A DNA stretch of 64,000 nt from an uncultured Acidobacteriota bacterium (GCA_963723495.1 CAVRQR010000009.1:712627-776626), one strand, 5' to 3'; positions 39,020-47,633 are shown, numbered from the stretch's first letter. The notes: generated by a model from the letters alone, not told the origin. Program-made: numbers and translations.

Positions 39020-39043
39020 GCGAACTTTGGTTCGTATTGCGAA
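39020..39043. promoter_or_regulatory. three-half-site box GCGAA-N6-TTCGT-att-GCGAA abutting the start of MetE-like gene 37850..39019
   Basis: Read directly. GCGAACTTTGGTTCG is identical to 40049-40063. Confidence 0.45.
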
Positions 39044-39101
39044 ATGATATTAATCCACAGCAGCATGGCGGGTCTGCTCTGTGGACCGGCCGCCACGCTA
39101 G

Positions 39102-39482
39102 CTATTGGCGCGACACCGGTGCTGCCACGAGGGTGCCGCGGGAAGCGGCCCGACGTGCCAGATGGCATTTACCCCAGCGCCAGAGGGTCTCGAACACCGG
39201 TTCCAGTGAGCGTCCGTATGGCGTGACTCGGTATCTCACGCCGAGTCTCGCAGGTACCAGTTCCTCGCGGGCGATGAGATCGTCGGCAACCATCTCGCGC
39301 AACTGTGCGCGCAGCACCTTCGTGGTCACTCGCGGCATCGCTCGGCGAAGTTCGCCGAAGGCGCGCGGCCGCTCCGCGAGGCGCTGAAAGATCATCGGCT
39401 TCCACCGTCCGTCTATCACCGCAATTGCCGTGTACAACGGACACGCGGCGCGTTCCTCGTAGATGTCCACTGGGTTGCTCAC
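39102..39482 (-). CDS. HxlR-family transcriptional regulator
   Basis: Intact 126-aa ORF. Signature: CPLYTAIAVIDGRWKPMIFQRLAERPRAFGELRRAMPRVTTKVLRAQLREMVADDLIARE..YRVTPYGRSL. Confidence 0.8.
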   Translation of the reverse strand: MSNPVDIYEERAACPLYTAIAVIDGRWKPMIFQRLAERPRAFGELRRAMPRVTTKVLRAQLREMVADDLIAREELVPARLGVRYRVTPYGRSLEPVFETLWRWGKCHLARRAASRGTLVAAPVSRQ

Positions 39483-39568
39483 CTTCGACCTCGCCGAAGC
39501 AGGGTACTTCGAAGGACCCGACTTGTCTGGCCGTTGCCGCCTGACTAGAGTTCGGCGCGGAGGTTCAG

Positions 39569-39982
39569 ATGGCGGGAGCGCGCATCTATCGAATCATCAT
39601 GCCGGTGACCGATCTGGAGGAGGCGGTGCGGTTCTACCGAACCCTGCTCGACCAGGAAGGGCATCGCGTTTCGCCCGGCCGCCATTACTTCGGGTGCGGC
39701 AACGTCGTCCTGGCGCTGTACAACCCGAAGGCTGACGGCGATCCAACCGAGCCGCGACCTAATTTCGAGCACGTCTATTTTGCCGTTGCGGACATAGAAG
39801 ACGCGTATCAACGAGCCGAGCGTGCGGGAGGACTGTCGACGGCGATGGGCGACGGTAACCTTCCGATGGGCGAAATCGCCCGCCGCCCGTGGGGTGAGCG
39901 CTCCTTCTACATGAAGGATCCCTCCGGTAACCCGCTCTGTTTCGTCGACGAGTCAACCACGTTCACGGTCGGGCTCGCCTGA
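39569..39982 (+). CDS. VOC/glyoxalase-family protein
   Basis: Intact 137-aa ORF with GGAGG upstream. Motifs: IMPVTDLEEAVRFYRTLL and WGERSFYMKDPSGNPLCF. It is divergent from the HxlR gene. Confidence 0.7.
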   Translation: MAGARIYRIIMPVTDLEEAVRFYRTLLDQEGHRVSPGRHYFGCGNVVLALYNPKADGDPTEPRPNFEHVYFAVADIEDAYQRAERAGGLSTAMGDGNLPMGEIARRPWGERSFYMKDPSGNPLCFVDESTTFTVGLA

Positions 39983-40048
39983 ACCACGAAGATCGCGAAG
40001 TCTCGACGATCTCGTGAACATCGTGGCCTCCGTGGTCCCAACTCAGGC

Positions 40049-40072
40049 GCGAACTTTGGTTCGACCTGCGAA
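40049..40072. promoter_or_regulatory. three-half-site box GCGAA-N6-TTCGA-cct-GCGAA upstream of the DUF1592 gene
   Basis: Read directly. A TAAAAT hexamer follows at 40080-40085. Confidence 0.45.
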
Positions 40073-40108
40073 AATCGGCTAAAATCAAGGTCTTTTCAGG
40101 CCAGTCGA

Positions 40109-42556
40109 ATGACTCGAGGACTCCTTGCGGCGTGCGTCATCTGGATCGCTTCTCTGAGCGTGGCTGTGCCACGTGCGTGGGCGCCCCCCCAGGCAACCCC
40201 GGCTGATACGTCGATCGTGACGGCTGCCGATCGCGCGGTGATCGACAGGTACTGCGTGACGTGTCACAACCAGCGGCTGAAAACGGCGAATCTCGAGCTC
40301 GATGCCTCGAACCTCAATGACATTGCGGCGCACCCGGACGTGTGGGAGAAAGTGATCCGCAAGGTCGAGGCCGGCATGATGCCTCCGGCCGGTGTCCCGC
40401 GACCCGACGAGGCGACCAGGCGAGCCTTCGTCACGCGCCTGCAGGGCGTCCTCGATCGGGCCGCCACGGCTCGACCAAGTCCAGGACGTCCGCTCGTGCA
40501 TCGGCTCAACCGCGCCGAGTACGGCAACGCGGTACGCGACCTTCTGGCACTCGACATCGACGTCTCGTCGCTGTTGCCGCCGGATGACTCGAGCGCCGGC
40601 TTCGACAACAATGCTGACGTTCTCGGTCTGTCGCCGGTGCTGCTCGAGAGCTATCTGACCGCGGCGGAGCGCATCAGTGCTTTGGCCATTGGTGATCCGA
40701 AGACGCCGCCGATGGGCGAGCTCTTTCGCGTTCGCCAGGACGCTTCGCAGGATCGCCAGATCGACGGATTGCCGCTCGGGACGATGGGCGGGCTCCTCAT
40801 CGAGACGACGCTTCCGCTCGACGGTGAGTATCAATTTCAGGTCAGGTTGTTCCGGACCAACCTCGGGACGATGCGCGGGCTCGAGTACGCACACCAGCTC
40901 GAGATCAGCGTGAATGGCGAGCGGGTGCATCTCGCGGCATTTGGCGGCGACAAAGAGATCGCCGCGTCGAGCGACAACCCGACGATCACGGGAGACGATG
41001 TCGATGGGCGGTTCACGGTGCGCGTGCCGCTCAAGGCCGGTCCTGCGAAGATCGGCGTCGCATTTCTCGAGAAGACCCACGCGCTGAACACGCGGCGTCT
41101 CCAGTCGTACGTGCGGAGCTCGTCGGACACGATCGACTTCTCCGGCTATCCGCACATCGACGAGGTGATTCTGACCGGGCCGTTCAAAGCGACCGGTGTC
41201 GGCGACACGCCGAGCCGTCGTCGCATCTTCGTCTGCCAGCCCAAGGCGGCGGCAGAAGAAGAGGCATGCGCCAGGAGGATCCTCACGACGTTGGCGCGCC
41301 GTGCGTATCGAGGTGACGTCGCACGAGAGGATGTGCCGACGCTGATGGAGTTCTACCAGCGTGGCCGTCGCGACGGCGGGACCTTCGATACTGGAATCGA
41401 TCTCGCGTTGCGCCGCCTGCTGGCCAGCCCGAAGTTCCTCGTCCGCGTCGAGCGCGATCCGGTGACTGTCTCCGCCGGTGCGGCCTATCGTCTTTCGGAT
41501 CTCGAGATCGCGTCGCGGCTGTCGTTCTTTCTCTGGAGCAGCATCCCTGACGACACGCTCCTCGACGTCGCAAGCAAGGGCGGGTTGAAGACTCCTGCAC
41601 AACTGGAGCAGCAAGTTCGTCGAATGCTCGCTGACCCGAAGTCGCAGGCGCTCGTCGACAATTTCCTCGCACAGTGGCTGCAATTGCGGAACCTGATCAC
41701 CAAGCAGCCGAACTCGCACGAGTTCCCCGACTTCGACGACAACCTGCGTCGTGCCCTGGCGACCGAGGTCGAGATGTTCTTCGCGTCGGTGATGCGCGAG
41801 GATCGCAGCGTCCTCGATTTGATGACGGCCGACTACACGTTCGTCAACGAGCGTCTCGCCCGGCATTACGGCATCCCGAATATCTATGGCACCCATTTCA
41901 GGCGGGTGACCCTCAAGGACGATGTGCGGCGCGGACTGCTCGGGAAGGGCGCCGTGCTGATGGTGACGTCTCACCCGCATCGCACCTCGCCGGTTCTGCG
42001 CGGGAAGTGGATCCTCGAGAACGTGCTGGGAGCCCCGCCGCCGCCTCCGCCCGATGTCGTGCCGCCGTTTGAAGAGGACGCCGGTGCGGCTAAACCGAAG
42101 TCAGTGCGCGAGCGTATGGAGCAGCATCGACGGAATCCGGCATGTGCGAGCTGCCATCGCATGATCGATCCCGCCGGCCTGGCGCTGGAGAACTTTGACG
42201 CCGTTGGCGCCTGGCGCACGCGGGACGGCGGCACGCGCGGGACCCCGGTCGATGCCTCGGGGCAGCTGGTGGACGGGACGCAGATCAATGGTGTCGTCGA
42301 GCTGCGCGCCGCTCTGCTGCGGGAACCCGAGACGTTCGTCCGGACAATGACCGAAAAGCTTATGACGTATGCGGTTGGGCGCGGTCTGACCGCCACGGAT
42401 ATGCCCGCAATTCGCACGATTGTGCGTGATTCGGCGAAGGATCAATACCGCTTCTCGTCGGTTATTCTTGGGATTGTACGGAGTGTGCCGTTCCAGATGC
42501 GCACAAAGTCGCCCGCAGGAGAAGCAGTTGGGAGTTCGGCGAGGTTGAACCAGTAG
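40109..42556 (+). CDS. DUF1592/DUF1588/DUF1585-type protein with N-terminal cytochrome c motif (PSCyt-like)
   Basis: Intact 815-aa ORF with a signal peptide. Motifs: CVTCHN, a second haem-like CASCH near the C-terminus, TSPVLRGKWILENVLG. It is the usual partner of the downstream DUF1552 gene. Confidence 0.75.
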   Translation: MTRGLLAACVIWIASLSVAVPRAWAPPQATPADTSIVTAADRAVIDRYCVTCHNQRLKTANLELDASNLNDIAAHPDVWEKVIRKVEAGMMPPAGVPRPDEATRRAFVTRLQGVLDRAATARPSPGRPLVHRLNRAEYGNAVRDLLALDIDVSSLLPPDDSSAGFDNNADVLGLSPVLLESYLTAAERISALAIGDPKTPPMGELFRVRQDASQDRQIDGLPLGTMGGLLIETTLPLDGEYQFQVRLFRTNLGTMRGLEYAHQLEISVNGERVHLAAFGGDKEIAASSDNPTITGDDVDGRFTVRVPLKAGPAKIGVAFLEKTHALNTRRLQSYVRSSSDTIDFSGYPHIDEVILTGPFKATGVGDTPSRRRIFVCQPKAAAEEEACARRILTTLARRAYRGDVAREDVPTLMEFYQRGRRDGGTFDTGIDLALRRLLASPKFLVRVERDPVTVSAGAAYRLSDLEIASRLSFFLWSSIPDDTLLDVASKGGLKTPAQLEQQVRRMLADPKSQALVDNFLAQWLQLRNLITKQPNSHEFPDFDDNLRRALATEVEMFFASVMREDRSVLDLMTADYTFVNERLARHYGIPNIYGTHFRRVTLKDDVRRGLLGKGAVLMVTSHPHRTSPVLRGKWILENVLGAPPPPPPDVVPPFEEDAGAAKPKSVRERMEQHRRNPACASCHRMIDPAGLALENFDAVGAWRTRDGGTRGTPVDASGQLVDGTQINGVVELRAALLREPETFVRTMTEKLMTYAVGRGLTATDMPAIRTIVRDSAKDQYRFSSVILGIVRSVPFQMRTKSPAGEAVGSSARLNQ

Positions 42557-42565
42557 GAGCCCGCG

Positions 42566-43882
42566 ATGTTCATAACGAAGACGTCCTTGTCGCGTCGAAC
42601 TGTTCTGCGAGGTCTCGGAGCGACTCTCTCTCTGCCGCTGCTCGAAGCCATGGTGCCCGCCATGACCGCGACGGCGAGGACCGCTGCGGCGCCGACCAAG
42701 CGCTTCGGCGCGGTCTTCGTGCCGATGGGTGAGCGGCCGAGCCACTGGACGCCCGCCACCACCGGCGTCAACTTCGAGTTCAGCCCGATCCTCAAGCCGA
42801 TTGAATCCTTCCGCGACCACGTCGTCGTCGTCTCGAACATCGACCGCCCGCTGCAGGGAACGCACGCCGTCAGCACCGGAACGTGGCTGACCGGAAGCGC
42901 GCCCAAGCGCACCGAGGCCGAGGACTTCGTCGCCGGCACGTCGCTCGATCAGATCATCGCGGGAAAGATCGGCGGCGACACCGTGTTCCCGTCGCTCGAG
43001 ATCGGCACTGAAGACTTCACGGGTTATGTGGGTGCATGCGACGTCGGGTACAGCTGCGCCTACATGAACACGATCTCGTGGAAGACGCCGACGACGCCGA
43101 TGCCGATGGAGACGAACCCGCGCGTCATCTTCGAGCGCATGTTCGGCCGTCCGGGATCGACTGAGGAGCGCGTGCGGCGCATGCAGCAGAACCGCAGCAT
43201 CCTCGACTCGGTGAAGGGCGACGTCTCGAGCCTCGAACGCGGACTGGGCGCACGCGACAAAGTGAGACTCGATCAGTATCTCGAGCACGTGCGCGAGATC
43301 GAGCAGCGCATCCAGCGCGCCGAGAAGCAGGCGACCTCGGAGATCACGCTGCCGGTGGCGCCGGTCGGCATCCCCGACTCATGGGAAGAGCACGCCACGG
43401 TGATGTTCGACATCATGGCGCTTGCGTTCGAGGCCGACATCACGCGGGTCTTCTCGTTCATGCTGAACCGCGAAGCCAGCCAGCTCGTGTTCCCGGACCT
43501 CGGATTCAACGAGCCGTGGCACCACGTCTCCCATCACGGCAACGAGGCCTACAAGCTCGAGCTGCTCGTGAAGTTGAACACGTGGCAGATCAGCCTCTTC
43601 GGGAAGTTCCTCGAGCGCCTGCGTGCGACGCCCGACGGCGACGGCACACTGCTCGATCACTCGGCGCTCGTGTGGGGCAGCGGCATGAGCGACAGCAACT
43701 CGCACTCGCCGCTCGACGTGCCGTTCCTCATGGTCGGCAACGGCGCCGGGTCGTTCACCGGCAACCGTCACCATGCCGCGCCGAAGGGAACGCAGCTGGC
43801 CGACGTGATGCTGACCATCGCGCAGAAGTACGGGGTCGAGATCGATCGCTTCGGTGTGAGTACAGGAGCGTTTGAGCTCTAA
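42566..43882 (+). CDS. DUF1552 domain protein (Tat signal)
   Basis: Intact 438-aa ORF with GGAG upstream. Tat-like N-terminus SRRTVLRGLGATLSLPLLEAM. Motifs: HHVSHHG and GSGMSDSNSHS. Confidence 0.75.
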   Translation: MFITKTSLSRRTVLRGLGATLSLPLLEAMVPAMTATARTAAAPTKRFGAVFVPMGERPSHWTPATTGVNFEFSPILKPIESFRDHVVVVSNIDRPLQGTHAVSTGTWLTGSAPKRTEAEDFVAGTSLDQIIAGKIGGDTVFPSLEIGTEDFTGYVGACDVGYSCAYMNTISWKTPTTPMPMETNPRVIFERMFGRPGSTEERVRRMQQNRSILDSVKGDVSSLERGLGARDKVRLDQYLEHVREIEQRIQRAEKQATSEITLPVAPVGIPDSWEEHATVMFDIMALAFEADITRVFSFMLNREASQLVFPDLGFNEPWHHVSHHGNEAYKLELLVKLNTWQISLFGKFLERLRATPDGDGTLLDHSALVWGSGMSDSNSHSPLDVPFLMVGNGAGSFTGNRHHAAPKGTQLADVMLTIAQKYGVEIDRFGVSTGAFEL

Positions 43883-43910
43883 GCCTCGCGCGACTCGAGA
43901 ATGAGGGCTG

Positions 43911-44072
43911 TCGTTCACACTTCAGTCTTCTCGCTTCTCGGTTCGTGTTCAGGTTCGGGTGGGTGAATTCGCACAGCGAGTCCCTGTCGAACGCTGCACA
44001 CTGAACCACGAACATGGAACCGAACATGAACGTGAACACGAACCGAGCAGTGAGAAGCGAGAAGCGTGAACG
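43911..44072. repeat. long low-complexity inverted repeat (GAGAAGC / GAACGTGAACA words)
   Basis: cgttcacacttcagtcttctcgcttctcggttcgtgttcaggttcg.. faces ..cgaacatgaacgtgaacacgaaccgagcagtgagaagcgagaagcgtgaacg. Confidence 0.65.
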
Positions 44073-45621
44073 ACGGTTCATTGCCCTCCTGCTTCTCGTC
44101 CTGGCAGCTGGACTTACGGCATTTGAAGGTGATAACCCGCTCATTGACGCCGTCAGGCGCGGCGATCACAACGCCGTGCGTGCGCAGCTGCGCGGAAAAG
44201 TCGACGTGAACGCACCGGCCGCCGACGGAACGACAGCGCTGCACTGGGCGGTGCAGGGCGACGACCTCGAGCTCGTGACGGTGCTGTTGCGGGCCGGCGC
44301 CAACGCGAAAGCCACGAATCGCTACGGGATGCAGCCCATCACGCTGGCCGCGACCAACGGCAGCGCGAAGGCGATCGAGGCGCTGCTTGCGGCCGGGGCC
44401 GATGCGAATACGACGACGCCCGAAGGCGAGCCGGTGATCATGACTGCGGCGCGCACGGGCACGGTCGACGCGCTCAAGGCTCTGATCGCGCGCGGCGCCA
44501 ACGTCAACGCGCGTGAGAAGTGGTTTGGCGAAACGGCGCTGATGTGGGCCGCCAGTGAGAATCACTCGGACGCCATCCGCGTGCTCGTCGAGGCGGGCGC
44601 GGACATCGACGCCAAGTCAGAGGTGCAGGAAGCTCCCGTCCTGGAGTTCCCGCGCAGCGGCGGTCCCAACTCTCCATTGCCGCGCGGCGGCTGGACGGCG
44701 CTGATGTTCGCGGCGCGCGATGGCGGAATCGATGCGGCTCGAACCATCGCCGATCTCGGTGCGAATCTGAACGCGACGGCGCTGCCGCAGACTGACGTTC
44801 CGCTCAAGCCGGAAGAGATCGCGGCGGCGCAGGCGAAGAACATCGGCACCTCGGCCCTGGTGTTCGCCATCATCAACGTCCACTACGACCTGGCCGCGAT
44901 GCTCCTCGACAAGGGCGCCGATCCCAACGTCGTCGACGGCGCCGGCATGGGCGCGTTGTACGCCGCGGTCGACATGAACAGCCTGCAGTGGGTGCAGGGG
45001 CGGCCGGCGCCGATTCTGGAAGATCAGCTCGACGGCGCCGATCTCGTGAAGCGGCTCCTCGCCAAGGGCGCGAATCCCAACGCGCGATTGACGGGCCGTC
45101 CGCTGAAGCGGCATCACGATGCCGGGTCGACGCTGAACTTTGGTGAAGGCACCACACCGCTCATTCGTGCAGCCAGGACGAACGACGTGGCCGTGATGAA
45201 AGCGCTGCTCGACAGCGGTGCCGATCCCTTCCTGACCCTTCCCGATCGCACCACTGCGCTCATGATCGCCGCCGGTCAGGGCTACGGCGGTCTGCGCGGC
45301 GAAGGCATTCGCATCGTCATACCGACAGCCGAAGGCGCGATTGAAGCCCTGACCCTGCTTCTCGATCGCGGCATGGACGTGGACGCCTTCAACAACGCCG
45401 GGAACACCGCTCTTCACGCGGCCGTGGGACGTGGTGATGACGTCGTCAAGTTTCTCGCCTCGCGCGGTGCGTCGCTGAATCTGAAGAACAAGGCCGGGTT
45501 CACGCCGCTCGATGTCGCGCTTGGAAAGGCCGGCGGCCGCGGTGGACGTGGTGCCGGTGTCGTGCGCGAGAGCACCGCGGCGCTTCTTCGCGAGCTGATG
45601 GAAACAAAGAAGGGCGCGTAG
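44014..45621 (+). CDS. ankyrin-repeat protein with N-terminal membrane anchor or signal
   Basis: Intact ORF with more than 10 ANK units (DGTTALHWAVQGDDLELVTVLLRAGANANA.., GNTALHAAVGRGDDVVKFLASRGASLN). The first ~12 codons are translated repeat DNA, so the true start is possibly GTG 44050. Confidence 0.8.
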   Translation: MEPNMNVNTNRAVRSEKRERRFIALLLLVLAAGLTAFEGDNPLIDAVRRGDHNAVRAQLRGKVDVNAPAADGTTALHWAVQGDDLELVTVLLRAGANAKATNRYGMQPITLAATNGSAKAIEALLAAGADANTTTPEGEPVIMTAARTGTVDALKALIARGANVNAREKWFGETALMWAASENHSDAIRVLVEAGADIDAKSEVQEAPVLEFPRSGGPNSPLPRGGWTALMFAARDGGIDAARTIADLGANLNATALPQTDVPLKPEEIAAAQAKNIGTSALVFAIINVHYDLAAMLLDKGADPNVVDGAGMGALYAAVDMNSLQWVQGRPAPILEDQLDGADLVKRLLAKGANPNARLTGRPLKRHHDAGSTLNFGEGTTPLIRAARTNDVAVMKALLDSGADPFLTLPDRTTALMIAAGQGYGGLRGEGIRIVIPTAEGAIEALTLLLDRGMDVDAFNNAGNTALHAAVGRGDDVVKFLASRGASLNLKNKAGFTPLDVALGKAGGRGGRGAGVVRESTAALLRELMETKKGA

Positions 45622-45670
45622 TGTCCGGCTCTCGTCTGCGTAGTGTCCGGCTGTAGCCGGACCTGATCCG

Positions 45671-46039
45671 GTGCGATTCGCCGACCTGACGATGGCGTTG
45701 TTGTTCGCCTTCGCCGCAGCCCTCCAATACAACGATCCCGACCCGATTCGATGGATTGCCGTTTACGGCTCTGCCTGCGTGTTGTCGCTGGTTGCTGGTT
45801 TCAGGCGTCGGGTGCCACCAGCCGCGGCAATCGCGGTCGGTCTGGTCGCGCTCGGGTGGGCGGCTTGGATTGCGTTGGGCGGCCCCGCCGCATCCGAATA
45901 CCGTCACATGTTCGACGCGTGGGAGATGAAATCGCCGTCAGTAGAGCAGGCGCGTGAGGCGAGCGGGCTGATCCTTGTCGCGGCGTGGATGACCGTGCTC
46001 TTCATCCGCGGATACCGTACCTCACCGGTTCAGGCATGA
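45671..46039 (+). CDS. small 4-TM membrane protein (TMEM220-like?)
   Basis: 122-aa ORF with a GTG start and four hydrophobic helices. The ALQYNDPDP motif is recalled from TMEM220-type proteins. The stop overlaps the next start (ATGA at 46036-46039). Confidence 0.4.
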   Translation: MRFADLTMALLFAFAAALQYNDPDPIRWIAVYGSACVLSLVAGFRRRVPPAAAIAVGLVALGWAAWIALGGPAASEYRHMFDAWEMKSPSVEQAREASGLILVAAWMTVLFIRGYRTSPVQA

Positions 46040-47334
46040 CTCGACGCGCGCTCGCATCGATCCTGGTGATCGTCATCGCGCTGGTCGCGCTGGTGTGGCT
46101 GTTTCGCGATCGGCTGGTTCCGGGCGGGCAGGAGTCGGATTCCGGCGCTTCCACAGCAGCCGCCCCTGCGAGCAGTTCCGCGAGCGCGCTCTTCGCCGCA
46201 CGCGCGATTGGCGATCCACCCAAGGGCGAGGAACGGCCGCAGATTGCGCACGTCGCGATCGTCGACCTCGATCGCGACGGCCTCAACGATGTCCTGGTCT
46301 CTGACTCTTTCCGCAACGTGGTGACCTGGGTTCGGCAGGCACCACGCGGCACGTTCACCGAGACCGTCGTTGCCGGCGTCTCGGCGCCCGCGCACGTCGA
46401 AGCCATCGACTTCGACCGCGATGGCGACCTCGACCTGGTTGTCGCGGCGCTTGGCTTCTTGTTTCCCAACAACAACCGTGTCGGCTCGGTGATCGTGATG
46501 GAGAACGACGGGCAGCAGAAATTCCGATCGCGGTACGTCGCCGATCGGATCGCCAGGGTTGCCGATGCCCGTGCCGCGGATCTCGACGGCGATGGCGATC
46601 TGGACATCAGCGTCGCCGGCTTCGGCTACGACGATGGGGAGACCAGCTGGTTGGAGAACCAGGGTGGCTGGACATTCAGACAGCACGTGCTGCAGCGGCT
46701 GTCCGGGCCGATCAATGCCATTCCCGCCGACATCAACGGCGACAAGCTCCCGGACATCGTTGCGCTCGTCAGCCAGGAGTGGGAAGAGATCTGGGCGTTC
46801 ATCAACGACGGCAAGGGAACGCTCGCACCGCGGATGCTCTGGGGCTCGACCAACGCCGACTTCGGCTCGAGCTGGATGACGCTGGTCGACATGGATCGCG
46901 ATGGCGATCCCGACATCCTCTACGCCAACGGTGATGCGTTCGAGTACGCACCACCGAACAGCCGGCCGTGGCAGGGCGTGCAGTGGCTGGAGAATCGCGG
47001 CGATCTCAAGTTCGAGTTGCATCGCATGATCGATCAGCAGGGCGTGACCAGTCCCGAGGCGGTCGATCTGGATGACGATGGCGATCTCGACGTGCTGCTG
47101 GTAAACGCGAACAACGACTGGGACAACCCTGAGGCGCCCAGCCTGTTGTGGCTGGAGAACGACGGGAAGATGCAGTTCACGATGCGCCCAATCGCCACCT
47201 CACCGACGCATCTGCTGACGCTAGCCGTGGGCGACCTCGACGGTGATGGCAAGCCCGACGCGGTCACTGGCGGGATGCACATCAGCCGGCCCTACGATCG
47301 TATTGGCCGCGTAACGGCGTGGTTTAGAAGATAG
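46036..47334 (+). CDS. FG-GAP/VCBS-repeat protein, membrane-anchored
   Basis: ATG 46036 inside ORF 45985..47334. Repeated motifs: DLDRDGLNDVLV, DFDRDGDLDLVVA, DLDGDGDLDISVAG, DMDRDGDPDILYANG, DLDDDGDLDVLL, DLDGDGKPDAV. Confidence 0.75.
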   Translation: MTRRALASILVIVIALVALVWLFRDRLVPGGQESDSGASTAAAPASSSASALFAARAIGDPPKGEERPQIAHVAIVDLDRDGLNDVLVSDSFRNVVTWVRQAPRGTFTETVVAGVSAPAHVEAIDFDRDGDLDLVVAALGFLFPNNNRVGSVIVMENDGQQKFRSRYVADRIARVADARAADLDGDGDLDISVAGFGYDDGETSWLENQGGWTFRQHVLQRLSGPINAIPADINGDKLPDIVALVSQEWEEIWAFINDGKGTLAPRMLWGSTNADFGSSWMTLVDMDRDGDPDILYANGDAFEYAPPNSRPWQGVQWLENRGDLKFELHRMIDQQGVTSPEAVDLDDDGDLDVLLVNANNDWDNPEAPSLLWLENDGKMQFTMRPIATSPTHLLTLAVGDLDGDGKPDAVTGGMHISRPYDRIGRVTAWFRR

Positions 47335-47549
47335 GACCGTCCCCGGGCGGGCATCGAGGGTGACGCCGGCGCGCCCGCGAGGCGGCGCGTGAAAAGACAG
47401 CGCTTCCAGCCGCTGATCGGTGGCACACGGTTTATCTTTCCAGCTAGTGGCAACGCCGTCGTTGCGTGGTAAGCTTCCAGCGCGATTTTTCCCACTTCGA
47501 TCATCGTCAGATGAGCAGACGATCCCGCCGGCGTCGCAGCAGGAGTATC

Positions 47550-47625
47550 GCAACTACCAACTCCCAACCTCCAACTCCCAAGTTTCCAGCTGTTTGGGAG
47601 TTGGGAATTGGAAGTTGGGAGTTGC
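47550..47625. repeat. low-complexity hairpin element, GGGAGTTGG family
   Basis: gcaactaccaactcccaacctccaactcccaa - 12 nt - ttgggagttgggaattggaagttgggagttgc, between convergent genes. Confidence 0.75.
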
Positions 47626-47633
47626 GCCCCTGG

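Noticed and set aside
40085-41980. Very long ORFs antisense to, or out of frame with, recognisable genes. Examples: 40085..41980 (-, 631 aa), 59878..61974 (+, 698 aa), 9326..10747 (-), 56950..58245 (-), 3191..4213 (-), 20888..21943 (-), 34424..35677 (-).
   Set aside because: These are typical shadow ORFs of high-GC DNA. They are Arg/Ala/Pro/Gly-rich with no recognisable motifs, and each lies fully opposite a gene with clear family signatures.
44014-44049. The ankyrin ORF's N-terminus MEPNMNVNTNRA as real coding sequence.
   Set aside because: It is the translated right arm of the 43911..44072 inverted repeat. A GTG at 44050 just before the hydrophobic anchor is a more plausible start. I kept the ORF-track coordinate in the feature with this caveat.
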